From the NCBI GenBank assembly GCA_021613535.1, contig CP075492.1, positions 17,794,001 to 17,858,000 of the forward strand: a stretch of 64,000 bases of DNA, read 5' to 3'. A program made the position numbers and the translations under genes. Positions 37,201 to 47,629 of this stretch are shown in pieces. Under the pieces are notes generated by a model that saw only the letters and a list, made by a program, of their open reading frames with translations, ran no database searches and was not told the DNA's origin. Source of the DNA: Adineta vaga. Its lineage: Eukaryota > Animalia > Rotifera. Each line of letters starts with the position of its first letter. Positions within the stretch are counted from its first letter, which is position 1.

Positions 37201-37449
37201 TATTGAATGAATTTCATCGAGATCATTGATTTCAGATAAAATTAAAGGATCAGTTGTAATGAAAAAAATTTTTTGATTTTTAATTGATTTTAAATAATTT
37301 AAACAAGAATTAATTTCATCGTAAAACATAAAACAATGATTTAAATGAGATAAACGATTTTTGTAATATTTATTTAGATTAGTTGAATCAAATAAAACTA
37401 AAATTATATTTTCATCATTTAGTAATTCAAATTGATTATACGATGACAT
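34261..37449 (-). CDS. Degenerate ART-like domain + long TPR array (1062 aa, intronless)
   Basis: Same N-terminal architecture as the 3734 gene, but the catalytic R/S/E motifs are replaced (IVYYP, FILAY, TNEIL). About 15 or more TPRs follow. Confidence 0.85.
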   Translation of the reverse strand: MSSYNQFELLNDENIILVLFDSTNLNKYYKNRLSHLNHCFMFYDEINSCLNYLKSIKNQKIFFITTDPLILSEINDLDEIHSIFIFNSSIDYRFEHIKLIGIYSEFHLLYSSIEEQFYFYDQRFSRLCFSNQSHFLWLQLLHKVLLYLPDNEQNEKQLIEICRFYYQNDIEKQCQSIDLYFKYSFLRQIITQALQTEDIEQLYLLRSFLKNLINKNLNDFIPEQIIVYYPIKLSINEFKQFQNNQKQFLSIKNFILAYRSQSLISSDNSIVFEIECNTNDNHIIFIDTNEILFDFNTTFSIENIQENDDGQWIIRIISVKDGEMIIERYLDNIYEDFSLPILLGRFICEMCQWNQSQIYFQYLLNDLNNKEDLLWIEYHIGYCLQWKGKWNEARIYYDRIIHNERIGIKDSAIILSSTAELLYLDGKYEESFDYQQRSLTIQEKYYPHDHISIASSFENLGLIQAERQKYNISIDYLGKVLTIRKKYYNSNKHINIGKILWKIGETYLRENKLDKAFDYICQALEIYEEFYPLGHVNIALILNDLSNILCHRQMFDESFRFIQQAWTIQKKYYPFDHIDIAVSLSNYGLIKQQQENYDESLDLFQQVLQIQKQIYSSNHIHIITLLNHSGTIFLNRKRNYDQALVCHQQAMKMLETDYPSYYNQIAETLVNIGNISKEKEQYEEALDIYQQALTMQNNYYHSDTIQHTMTLNRIAYVSVKLTKYDQAFEYYKKIIHIQEKFYGTDDVHIADALVGIGMMKYVEKKYEEAIDYYQQSLTIYRITLPYYQIFISNILHSIAYIYYQQEKYDEAFEYQEDALNIRQYVFPSIYNPIIIYLNFLGEISKAQQKYDDAADFFQQSLEIYQKYNSIDYKNIANKLKYIADIFYEQNNSQQAIDYYEKYLNIIEKYYPDEYLNISCAFKNMAISYFQQSNNENGMEYLTKCLRIQEANLSYEHIELLTTLTLCILMTQFTNRYDLCLSYAFKSLSIFEQISLPNSDDIKRILFIIGQCYEHFNNQILALSYYKQVVSIYEQNPLDSEEELQQLREKIQNIEQNLINDQI

Positions 37450-37877
37450 TATTTATTTTCTAAAATAAGCAAAATATGTTCGATTGTTTAAAAAACAAAA
37501 ACAAATGGATTGTCCAATCTAAATATCTCTTTGATGGAGTCAAAAAATCAACTTCAATAAGAAAGAAAATATTCAAATGATGAGTCGAAATTACCTTTTT
37601 TCTCCCTCTTCCATTATCTGATTATGATTCATTGGTTTATTCCCAAACAAAAAATCAGTCAAATGTATCGAACGACAAACTATATCATGTATTTTTATTT
37701 TTTCCAACAGAAAAGTGATATGTTTATTCATTAAATCAGAATGACAAAAACATTGATTTACAACATAGAAGAAATTTTTCTTATCACGTTGTTTGTTGAT
37801 TATAAAGTACATCTGAAACGAAAGACGATATTAATAAATAACTATAATAATAAAAACGATCATTACTCGATTAATTT

Positions 37878-37936
37878 GGTGGGTGTGGGTGTGAGTGAAG
37901 GATAAGGTCTCTCTTTTATTGCTCACCCACACCCTT
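37878..37936. repeat. Telomere-like palindrome P15
   Basis: GGTGGGTGTGGGTGTGAGTG ... CTCACCCACACCCTT. Confidence 0.85.
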
Positions 37937-39032
37937 ACTTCCCATATTTTGGCATTCCAGAATATCGTAGTTATGTAATTGCTTCAGTTTTTAATTTATC
38001 TAATACTCTTATGTAGACTTTACACGTGATGTTCTGCTAGAAACACCATGCGATTTGGAAAAGAGCTATGTGCCCTTCAGAAGTTCATCATGGTTACAGT
38101 GTGTAGAACGGATTATCTATTCAAACAGATTGCCGCCAGAACAATATATACCATTTCGCCACTACAGACTCGAAAATATTGCCTTTAATGTTATTAGTTT
38201 AACTTTCACTTTGACTTACAATGTTATGACAAAATATCATGTGTATATAGACAAAGTCTTAATGAGAAATCAATGGGCAGAAAGTCCGAGCTTATCAGTT
38301 TTTTAACTAGCTAATAATACTCATTTAGTGTTTTCGAGTGTGAGAGTACCAGAGTGTCATTTCCCCTTTGCATTTTTGTCATCCCTGTAATTTCACGAAG
38401 AGCACACGCTTTACACTCGAAACTTTTAATGTAAATAGATATCGTAGGTGTGTGCTACACAAATAAAAATGAGCTCGAATGGATGAATAACTGATGAGCT
38501 GACCTATACCACAAAGTCTAGATCGAAAATGTCATTTTTTCACATTTTGTGTGTGTGTGCATATGTTGTGAATAGATTGTGAAGGAGACCTTGCGAGCAT
38601 AATTGATTGATATCCATCCCATTAAAATCACTCGACAATTTATCAAAACGTGCGCAATCATTATGAGAAAACATTGCTGTCGTCCATCTTGTACTGTCTG
38701 CTGCTTTAGTTTTGAAGTTTATACTCATCAAAATGAATAACACTCTGAAGCGAATATCGTGAGTAGTTCTATCAAAACTAGCGGCATAGCAAACCGAAGT
38801 GATTTTATGGCATCAGAAATATGGGTTGAAAATAGCCCTATTTTTTAAACCGAGCCAGTTCCCATCAGATTTTTCATCTAGCCAGGCTTGAAACTATGTC
38901 AGAAAATGGACTGGAATGGTGTCCTGTTGAAATATAATATTATTGTTTAGTCTCCTTCATCTTCATTGTATGGGCGGATAAAATAACTTTCCAACATATG
39001 CAGATAATTCTCCTTCATCACAGTTTCATCGT

Positions 39033-39323
39033 TAAGGGTGAGGATGTGAGGGTGAGGCTACAATTTTGCACACTATTGTATAAGGTTATCCTTACGAAGA
39101 GGCCAGTGTTCGTCTTCACCTCCGGCAATGATCCATGAGCACATTTCCTCGACGTTGTTATCAACACATCACACCCTCATACAAAAGTGAATACTATATT
39201 GTTTGAATCAACTATCTGCAGAAGTGCTCGTGGATGAAGCAAACTAGTGATTCTGAATTCTTTGAGATCCATACCTTAATACAACCGATACAAACTTTGA
39301 GAAAACCCGCACACTCTCACCCT
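39033..39323. repeat. Degenerate arms P16
   Basis: AAGGGTGAGGATGTGAGGGTGAGG (39034), ACACCCTCA (39171), ACCCGCACACTCTCACCCTT (39305). Confidence 0.45.
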
Positions 39324-39906
39324 TTCTCAAGATCTAACATAGATCATCCAAAGATCTTCGACATGATAATTTCGATCATGTCCAAACCATGATTGTTGTT
39401 CAAGCATTTGTGTAAAAGATTGACTGGTGAGTGATAAATAGGTTGGAATTGTATCGACAGAATTCTCTTCTTTTCTTTCTGTCCAACTGTAATCGTCTCT
39501 TTTTCCTCGATCAAAAACCGTTTCTTTTTTCGTTATATTCTAGATATACTTCCACACAGCCCTAAAGAGTACTATCTTTTCAAAGATACGAAACGCGTCG
39601 GAGAAATTAACTCTATATTTATTCGTACATCGAAAAGCACAATTTAAGATTAGCAGATCGAACTTGTTTTTTCTTCAAAAGATAGGTCGATATGTTTTCA
39701 GTCATACATAAAGATATCGATATGTCGACTTAGTCCGTCGTCACTTGCTGACTCTGTCAAAGTGATAGCTCTTCGAGATATTGAGCGATAGAGTTAAAAT
39801 TTTCTATTTGTAGGCTTTTCAACACGCTTTTTCATTTGATACTAAAGGATCTCATAAAAAATTTTTCAAGTGCCTTTGACGGCGGTGGTTTCGTGGATTC
39901 TCTCTT

Positions 39907-40300
39907 AAAATTGTTAAGGTTTTGATTGGCGTATAGTCTAATATATGTATATGCAGTTATGTGACGAGAGTCATCGCTCCTTCAATTACTGTTGAATGCA
40001 AGATGGCAGGTTACCTTGGATAAATACCTGTACTTTCTTTCTCGCTCATTATCGGTATATGCAATTAAAATGGTTAAAGTTTTGATTGACGTATAGCTTA
40101 ATATGTGTATATGCAGTTATGTGATGAGAGTCATCGCTCCTTTGATTACTGTTGTACGCAAGATGGCAGGTTACCTTGAATAAATATTTGTACTTTCTTT
40201 TTCGTATTACTTTTTTATTATTATGCGTTCTTTCTTTCTTGCTCATTATCAGTGTATGTAATCAAAATTGTTAAAGTTTTGATTGACGTATACTCTAATA
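39907..40300. repeat. ~160-200 bp tandem repeat, two copies plus a partial third
   Basis: AAATTGTTAAGGTTTTGATTGGCGTATAG.. recurs at ~39908, ~40068 and ~40265. Confidence 0.85.
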
Positions 40301-41364
40301 GTTGTATGGAAATTTTCGTAAATATGGTAGTTTACTTTAAGTAGACGAGTAGGTGCTGAAAATTTTGAAATAAATATTAAAATATGAAGGAATAAGAAAC
40401 AAAACTACTTTCAGCAGCAAAAGAAGAAAACCACAATAGAAAATAGAATAAGAATCGATTCGCACCTTGGTGGAAAAGAATTACAATCCAGCATGTTGAG
40501 TGAAAGAAAACAAATGATCCTTTTTATTATTGTTTTTCACAGACAAATATGGGAGCCCTATCAATGTGAACATTGGAGGATGGGATTCTACAGAGATATT
40601 GAAATTATTTTTATTTTGTATTGTAATTTCGCTTGATGACATTTATCAAGTGCTCAATTGAGTTGAGAGTAAGAAGTGAGACGAGTGCACAACCAAATCT
40701 CAAATAAAATAAGAAAAAAAACTGTGCGCGCTAAAATCGTCCTCGAAACATAGGAAGATTGATAATCCTTAAGTTATGACCTGAAGATCAATGCAAAGTA
40801 CAGAGGCATTTGATAAGATTCTCAAAAACAAAAACAAAACGATTTTAATGGTTCAGGAATATTCTAATTCCACGGTGAAGACCTTGTAAAAACTCACACT
40901 TCACCCCTGATCAAACTCATGATCAAGTGAATGTGGAATTTTCAACTAATCAAGGAAAATATAGATTGTTCATGATTATTGCAAATATCTCGTTTTGTTC
41001 TCAAGAATTCAACCGACAGATATGTATGTTTTGGACACGCATATTTTATTGAAATTAAAAATTCTTGGAAATACAGTAAAAAAAGAAAAGAGAAATTCGT
41101 TGAGAAGATGATAAGAGAAACTAAATGGTCGATAAGAGTCAGTGACGATGACGGCAGTTGATGAACGCCGTTGATATTCGACTTCCAGATGTGTTTTTGT
41201 CATCTCTCCTAAAAAGAAAAACACATACAATTCATTCATCATCATCAATTATTAGAAATAGTAATCTCCAGCACCCATGAAGGACTGATAAAAAAAAATT
41301 TCAGCTCCATTCTATGGTTGAGTTCCAGCAGAAACAATCTGCCTAAAAAAAGAACATACCTTGC

Positions 41365-41727
41365 TTATGAATTAAGATCAGGATTAGGTTCAGGAATAGG
41401 TTCAGGATTAGGTTCGGGCTGAGGTTGAGGAGCTACATCATTATAACAAACACAGTGATCGGGAGCAGTATCAGTAGTACAAAGAGGATTGCCACGAAGA
41501 TCATCATAGAAATCTCGACAACTAGAACCAGGACAACACTTAAGAGTAGAACCACAATTACCAGGAACACCAGGAGGAAGACAATCAGGGGGACCACGTT
41601 TGCTGAGTAAATAATTGAGAAAGTCCAATCGATTCATCTTTCCAAGGGTTCGTGCTCGAGCCATATCATTTTTTGTCACCAACACCAAGAGGATGGTTAA
41701 CCAAACCAATTGACTTATCTTTTGCAT
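41365..41727 (-). CDS. Secreted Cys-rich (knottin-like) prepropeptide with PE/PN tail
   Basis: Signal peptide, pro-region ending in KR, 8 Cys in the pattern C-C-CC-C-C-C-C, and a PQPEPNPEPIPEPNP tail. Confidence 0.7.
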   Translation of the reverse strand: MQKISQLVWLTILLVLVTKNDMARARTLGKMNRLDFLNYLLSKRGPPDCLPPGVPGNCGSTLKCCPGSSCRDFYDDLRGNPLCTTDTAPDHCVCYNDVAPQPQPEPNPEPIPEPNPDLNS

Positions 41728-42159
41728 TGTTGTTTATTGTCGGTCGACGGTTAACAAGAGAATGCTATATCAAATAGAATCAACTATGTAAATACTGTGA
41801 TGCGACAGTCTTACTCTGGGTTAATATATACGTCGAGCATCAAGCAAGATTGAGTTTAAGAAAAAAAAATTATTTATAGATAGAGAAAGGCAGATTTATT
41901 ATTTTCTTTTGTAGGGGAAAGGCGAGGGAGAATAACGTTTTGCTCGCAGGGAGACACATTGGTTTTTCTCTCGTAGAGCTAAAGAGAGAGAAAATTTCTT
42001 TTCGTTCTGTTCTCATGCAATTGTCAATAAGAAAATAGGTCTTGATCAAAAATCAACTACCTGTAACATTTATTTCGACAGGGGATATTTCTTTACAAAG
42101 CACAAATCAACAAAACAACATGTTGACACGGTAGCTATCAATAAAAATAAAATCCTGTC

Positions 42160-42270
42160 GAAGGGTGTGGGTGTGGGTGTGGATCAGCGAAGGCAAGGTT
42201 GATGGTGCCAGTAATTAGTTCATACAATAATGTCACTCTTACCCACACCAACACCCACACATCCTCAAGA
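42160..42270. repeat. Telomere-like palindrome P17
   Basis: GAAGGGTGTGGGTGTGGGTGTGG ... ACCCACACCAACACCCACACATCCTCAAGA. Confidence 0.9.
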
Positions 42271-42587
42271 TGTATGCGAGGGATGTTATAGGAAGACAAG
42301 TACGAGTAAAAATACCATAATTTACTGAACAAAGAAGATTTTATACTGATATTTTAATTATTTTACTGATCAAATGAATAAATTACTGATCATTTAAATA
42401 CGAGCCTTTATTTTTTAGGAGCACAATCCAATCAAGAAGAAAGCTTATAATAACATGAACATAAAATATGATGTATTATTGGCGATTTCCACGAGAAAAT
42501 GCAGCACTTCTGCATCCCTCTGTATAGGAAAAGATACGTGATGTTTACTTCTTTCTAGTAATAAAAAAATAAGATCCGTGGAGTATC

Positions 42588-43841
42588 CTATTGTTGAGCC
42601 AATATGGTCTCGTAATCTGGAAACGTCACTTTCTCAGCCGTCTTTGATTTGGTGAGTTTTTTAATAAGGCCAGTAAAGGCAGGTTTGGCTGCAAAACTCA
42701 GGAAAGTATTCCTGAGCGCAATCGCAGTACGCGTTTTTGGTGAAACAAGACGAATTGATCCTGGAGCCATTTCCTGAGCTGCGGTAACGTATGGACGCAA
42801 CAGTGTTTCGTATTGTATGAAAGCCTTTGTATGATCTTGATGGCAACCTATCTCACCAGCGAGGATGTAAGCGCCAATAAAAGCTAGAGTTGTACCCGTA
42901 CCACTGACGCCTGAAGAATAGCCTGCATCACCCACCAAGGCAACTCGTCCCTGTGACCATCGATCCATCTTGATGTGTGCAACAGCGTCAAAATAGAAAT
43001 CATTTGCGTTCTTCATCCCACTCAGTACCCGAGATGTTTCGAAGCCTGCATCTGCGAATACGTTTCGTAAAAGGTCTTTTTGTGTATCTACATCAAGGTC
43101 TTCATAACCACGCTGTGAAGTGCGAAATAACAACAGGGCACGTGTCGTGCCCTGATTATCTGGACGAAGCACCACTGTTCGTTCTTTGGGAGCATTGTAC
43201 CAGCGTGCCCATCTGCCATCTGAATGACTGTAGGGAATCGTAAAATATGCAGTATACATATCTTGAGGGTGGGTCGAAGTATTGTTCCCAAAGACGAGAT
43301 GGCGAGTTTTTGATTGCGTACCATCAGCACCGACGACCAAGTCGAATTCACGCTCATTACCGCTAGCAAACGTAACTTGCACATGATCTCCACGATCGTT
43401 GATCGATGAGGGATGATCACCAAAGATATACTCGGTATGATTACGACTGTGCTCATAAAGTATGCGTACTAGCTCACTGCGAAGTATTTCAATATCGGCA
43501 ACGAAACCTCCATCGCCTAAGTTTTCCACACTGAATGCGGCTCGTGTGCGCCCTGCACTATCAACAATAGCCACTCCTTCCTCTCGGGTGATGTTTTCGC
43601 GAATTATGTGATCGATACCCATGCGTCGTATGACCTCTCTTCCGGCACCACGTACATCAACAGTTTGACCAGCTGTCCGCAATTGCGATGCACGCTCGAC
43701 TATTACAGGTCGTACACCAAAACGATGAAGAAAATACGCTAATACAGGACCAGCCACACCTGCACCTACGATAAGAACCTTTCGGTTTTCCGACAAATTC
43801 TTTGCACTATACGAGAGTGAACGTAATAACATGGAATGCAT
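42588..43841 (-). CDS. FAD-dependent monooxygenase (FAD_binding_3 family), bacterial/fungal type
   Basis: GAGVAG, DLVVGADG and RVALVGDAGY motifs; intronless; visibly more GC-rich than the flanks. Confidence 0.9.
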   Translation of the reverse strand: MHSMLLRSLSYSAKNLSENRKVLIVGAGVAGPVLAYFLHRFGVRPVIVERASQLRTAGQTVDVRGAGREVIRRMGIDHIIRENITREEGVAIVDSAGRTRAAFSVENLGDGGFVADIEILRSELVRILYEHSRNHTEYIFGDHPSSINDRGDHVQVTFASGNEREFDLVVGADGTQSKTRHLVFGNNTSTHPQDMYTAYFTIPYSHSDGRWARWYNAPKERTVVLRPDNQGTTRALLLFRTSQRGYEDLDVDTQKDLLRNVFADAGFETSRVLSGMKNANDFYFDAVAHIKMDRWSQGRVALVGDAGYSSGVSGTGTTLAFIGAYILAGEIGCHQDHTKAFIQYETLLRPYVTAAQEMAPGSIRLVSPKTRTAIALRNTFLSFAAKPAFTGLIKKLTKSKTAEKVTFPDYETILAQQ

Positions 43842-44739
43842 TTGACGTTAGTAATGCTCTTTCGAAGTGAAGATAAGAAGATAAATTCTATTGTTTTGAT
43901 ATCAAATTTTTGTATACTTTGAAGAAGAGTCAAGTAGGTAAGAAATGTGTAGATTATTCGTTTTCCATAGCGATCTGACACAAACTATTTCAATAGTAAT
44001 ATGACGAATGAATATTTCTATCAAAAAAAGAAGAAGAATAGAAAATAAACATATTCGCTGATGTACGCACCCCGTTTTAAGAAATAAAATGACGGTCGTA
44101 TAAATATGATTCTATACTAAAAATAAAGGTAAAAAAAGTAAGATTTGCCTGCTTTTGTAATGATGTGAACTGTATCTTCATTACATTATCTCGTATAGTA
44201 TCAAGTATATTTTTGATAAGAACTAAATGTTCGAAAAGAGTAAATGAAGACCACACATTTAAATAGCAGGATTAGAATTTTGAAAAACTGAAAAGATAAA
44301 CTACTTCGTAGCTGCAACCACTGTAGAATTAAAATATATAACCAAACAAAACACGAGCAGCCTTCCAATGAAGATACAACCAATCACAACGTTTTGTAAA
44401 AGATATGAAAAGATATTTTTCTTACTGGACGTAAAAATTCTCTGGACATTTAAGATCCATCAGTTGCATTGTTGTGTAATATTCTATTCTTTTCTATTAA
44501 TCACTATAATTTTAGTACGTTAGATGTCGCATACCAGCAGTAGGGAAGGAAAAGACGATGATATATTATTCATTAAAAGGAAATTCAATATCCTAAGCCT
44601 AATATGAGCATTCATATATAACAAATTGGGAGTGTTTTCATTTTTTTTTGTATATAGCCATGTTTACTATTACGATGAAATTACTTACACGTTCTATTTA
44701 TATCGATAGTGAAGTATATGTAATATTGAGAGAAAAACA

Positions 44740-45530
44740 AAAATATATACAGTATACACAAGTTATTATTGTTGGTGGAGGTGTTTCTGGTCTTGTCGCA
44801 GCTAAAGTTTCAAGTAATAAAATCAATTATGTTTTGATTGAAGCACAAAATTATCTTGGTGTTCGAGTTCAAACTATTGATGCAGGTTAAATAAATTCAA
44901 AATAATATAATTGAAATTAAGTTTGTTTTTCTTTTAGCATCAAATCTATTTATTGATATGGTAATATGAATTTAAAGGATAAGAATCTAATCATTTATTC
45001 TTTTCTATAGGGCGCTCAATTTGTTATTGGAGTTAAATCTGAACTTTATAAATTCTATAAATGAACGACTCTTTGTTTATAGAATATGTAAATTATGAAG
45101 ATCCAGAAGGTGATTATGAAAATGAACTAAAAAATGGTGGTTATCGTCGCTTTATTAATTATCTTAAATCATTTAAATCTATAATGAAGTAATACATGTA
45201 AAATATCTTGAAAAAGAAAAGAAATTATTAGTTGAAATAAATGTTTTAATAAAACAAGAAATAAAATTTATGTTATGTAATCATTTAATTTGAACAACAT
45301 CATTAAGATTTTTAAAAGAAAATTTTCAACGAATATTTTCTAACGAACAAAATTTAATTAGACAAAAACAAAATGCAATTTAAAATATTATTGGTTTTGG
45401 ATTATTAAGTAAAGTTGAAAATTTCTCTTTTAATTTCCATTAAAATCTATTTATTTTAGATGCCAAGAATTTTATTTGCCGTTGAAGCAACATATGAAGA
45501 TTTTTATGGAAGTTCTTCATTAGCTGTACG
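44740..45530 (+). pseudogene. Flavin-containing amine oxidase remnant
   Basis: VIIVGGGVSGLVAA..LIEAQNYLGVRVQT, then intron-separated exons with stops and frameshifts. Confidence 0.65.
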
Positions 45531-45807
45531 GAAACATTCGATAAATTCTTTTTTATTATTCATAAATATCGATTTCAACTGATTTCATCACTAAATATTT
45601 TTCTAAATTACACATACAATGTATTCTGTTTGTTCTATAATTGTCTCGGCCATCAAATTTGAATCAGTTCAAGATCACACATGCTACTTGTAATTCATCA
45701 CTTTGTTATTCAAATAATTTACATGAGATTTGAGAGTTTATATTTAATAAAATCGATGTAATCTAAAACATACATCAATCAATTAATCATTTTTTTTTAA
45801 ATTTTTC

Positions 45808-46643
45808 TTAAAAACATACTGCTGCATACGTATAGAGTAAATAAGTACCCCAATAATATAATAAAAATATAATTTTTCGTTCATTACTCGAAGGACTACG
45901 CAGAACATTAACATAATAAATAATAATTTGTATAAATGTTCGTAAAGAATTCAATATAATATAGAGTAAAACTTGTAAAAAGGATAAAAGAATAAATTGT
46001 AATTCTCGTTTTCTTTTTAATAGTCTTTCAAATTGATTTCTACCATCCGTAATCATCATTACTGGATTTATTCGACGACTTATATAACGCATATTAATTA
46101 ATGTTAAAATACTAAATAAAATTATAATTAATAATGCACTTATACTAGTAACAATATGATATATTCAAGAAAGTACAATAGAATCACGTGCACTGGTACA
46201 TACAGTCTCATTTGAATAATAATCTGTTGCTGTATGAATATTAAATATTAACCAGAAACTTAAATGTTATAATAACAGTCTATCGAGCTATTTTAAGTGA
46301 ACTTTGTTTACGTATCCATAGATCGGGCGATGTTATCATCCAGCGATTAATACAAATTAAACAAAGCAAATTTCTTGAAAGAACGAGACTAAAAATATCT
46401 ATACGTCTAAAGACATTATAATTAGTGATTATAGTAATAATACGAAATAAACATGGACAATTAAACATAAGAAGATGAGAAAATGTTAAACAAATAAAAC
46501 ATATTGAACAATTATTTGAACGCAATTTTGATTGAGAAAAAAATAATTATATTTAATATATTATCAATTAAACCAATTGTATATACAAATGGTAAATAAT
46601 AAATCGATGGTTGACTAGTAAAACGAGCTATTAATGAAGACAT
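45808..46643 (-). pseudogene. Rhodopsin-like GPCR pseudogene
   Basis: MSSLIARF..IGLIDNILNIIIFSQSKLRSNNCS; LCLICINRW; TM6-7 lie in a different frame. Confidence 0.7.
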
Positions 46644-46872
46644 TGCTAGTTTTCAAATGTTGAGAATAGAAGAATGATGTGTTTTTAATACATTTTTCTT
46701 TTATTTAATGACAATTATAATGAGCGTAAGAATATTTTATTATCATGCAAATGTGTCAATTTTCGTCAACTAAAGATTAATAATTCTATTTTGAAATGAA
46801 AATATATGACTCAAAAAAAAAAAATAAGATAAACGATTGATAAGAAACTTGTATATATAAAATGATGTTATT

Positions 46873-46963
46873 TCTTGAGGGTATGGGTGAGAGTGTAGGT
46901 GAATGTGAGCTGAAGATAATACCCATATCCTCAAGAACGACTCACTTCCACACCCACCCTCGA
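46873..46963. repeat. Telomere-like palindrome P18 with second right arm
   Basis: TCTTGAGGGTATGGGT ... ACCCATATCCTCAAGA, then CCACACCCACCCTCGA. Confidence 0.9.
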
Positions 46964-47039
46964 TATGATGATACAATCCTCTTTTTTCCTTCCTGCTCGT
47001 TTGTTATACATTTATATTCTATGCGCTTTCTTTCGTTAT

Positions 47040-47268
47040 GTATGATAACGCGTACTATCTGTCATTCTAGTGCATTCCAGTACAATCACTGTGATGCACC
47101 TCTATGTATTGTTGACTGCTTCAAAGAGTACCATACAAAGTTAAACTTCTAATGAGTGTTTGGGACAAAAATGCAGTTTCTTCATGAAGAATAAAGGTCA
47201 TGTGTGAACATTTCATTGAAAAAGTTTCGATTCCTTTTCGAAAACAAGGCTGAGACTTAAACGGTTAA
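47040..47268 (+). mobile_element. piggyBac-like right-end remnant
   Basis: Cys-rich C-terminus HCDAPLCIVDCFKEYH*, followed by the terminus GACTTAAACGG|TTAA. Confidence 0.65.
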
Positions 47269-47428
47269 ATTTACTTGAGGACATAAAATGATCTAAATCG
47301 AGTTTTTTCATCAATGCATCAACCATTTTTCGTTGCGACTATTTTTTATAAATGAATCGATTTGTTTTCAAGCTCACTGTTCTATGTAAAACATAGAATT
47401 TTTCTTGCAATCAATCTGCTTAGTAATG

Positions 47429-47475
47429 TTGAGGATGGGTGAGGTTTGAGAAGATTATGACACTCACACCCTCAA
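47429..47475. repeat. Telomere-like palindrome P19
   Basis: TTGAGGATGGGTGAGG ... CACTCACACCCTCAA. Confidence 0.8.
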
Positions 47476-47629
47476 AACCATGAGTCTCATTTCTTTTTCA
47501 CTTGTTGCACAAAGAAGCAGCATGCTGTTTTCAACAACTTTGTGCGTATGTGTTTTTGTCTTTTCGATAAAAGGTTTGAAACTGAATTTTTTTCTCAACG
47601 GGATCATTCACGGAATATATAATTATCAG

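Noticed and set aside
40657-40910. Further very degenerate arms (40657-40703, 40892-40910; also ~55505)
   Set aside because: Too diverged to call by eye; they need a profile search.
42588-43841. Bacterial contaminant contig
   Set aside because: The gene is embedded in AT-rich flanks continuous with intron-containing genes and host-type palindromes, with no operon context.
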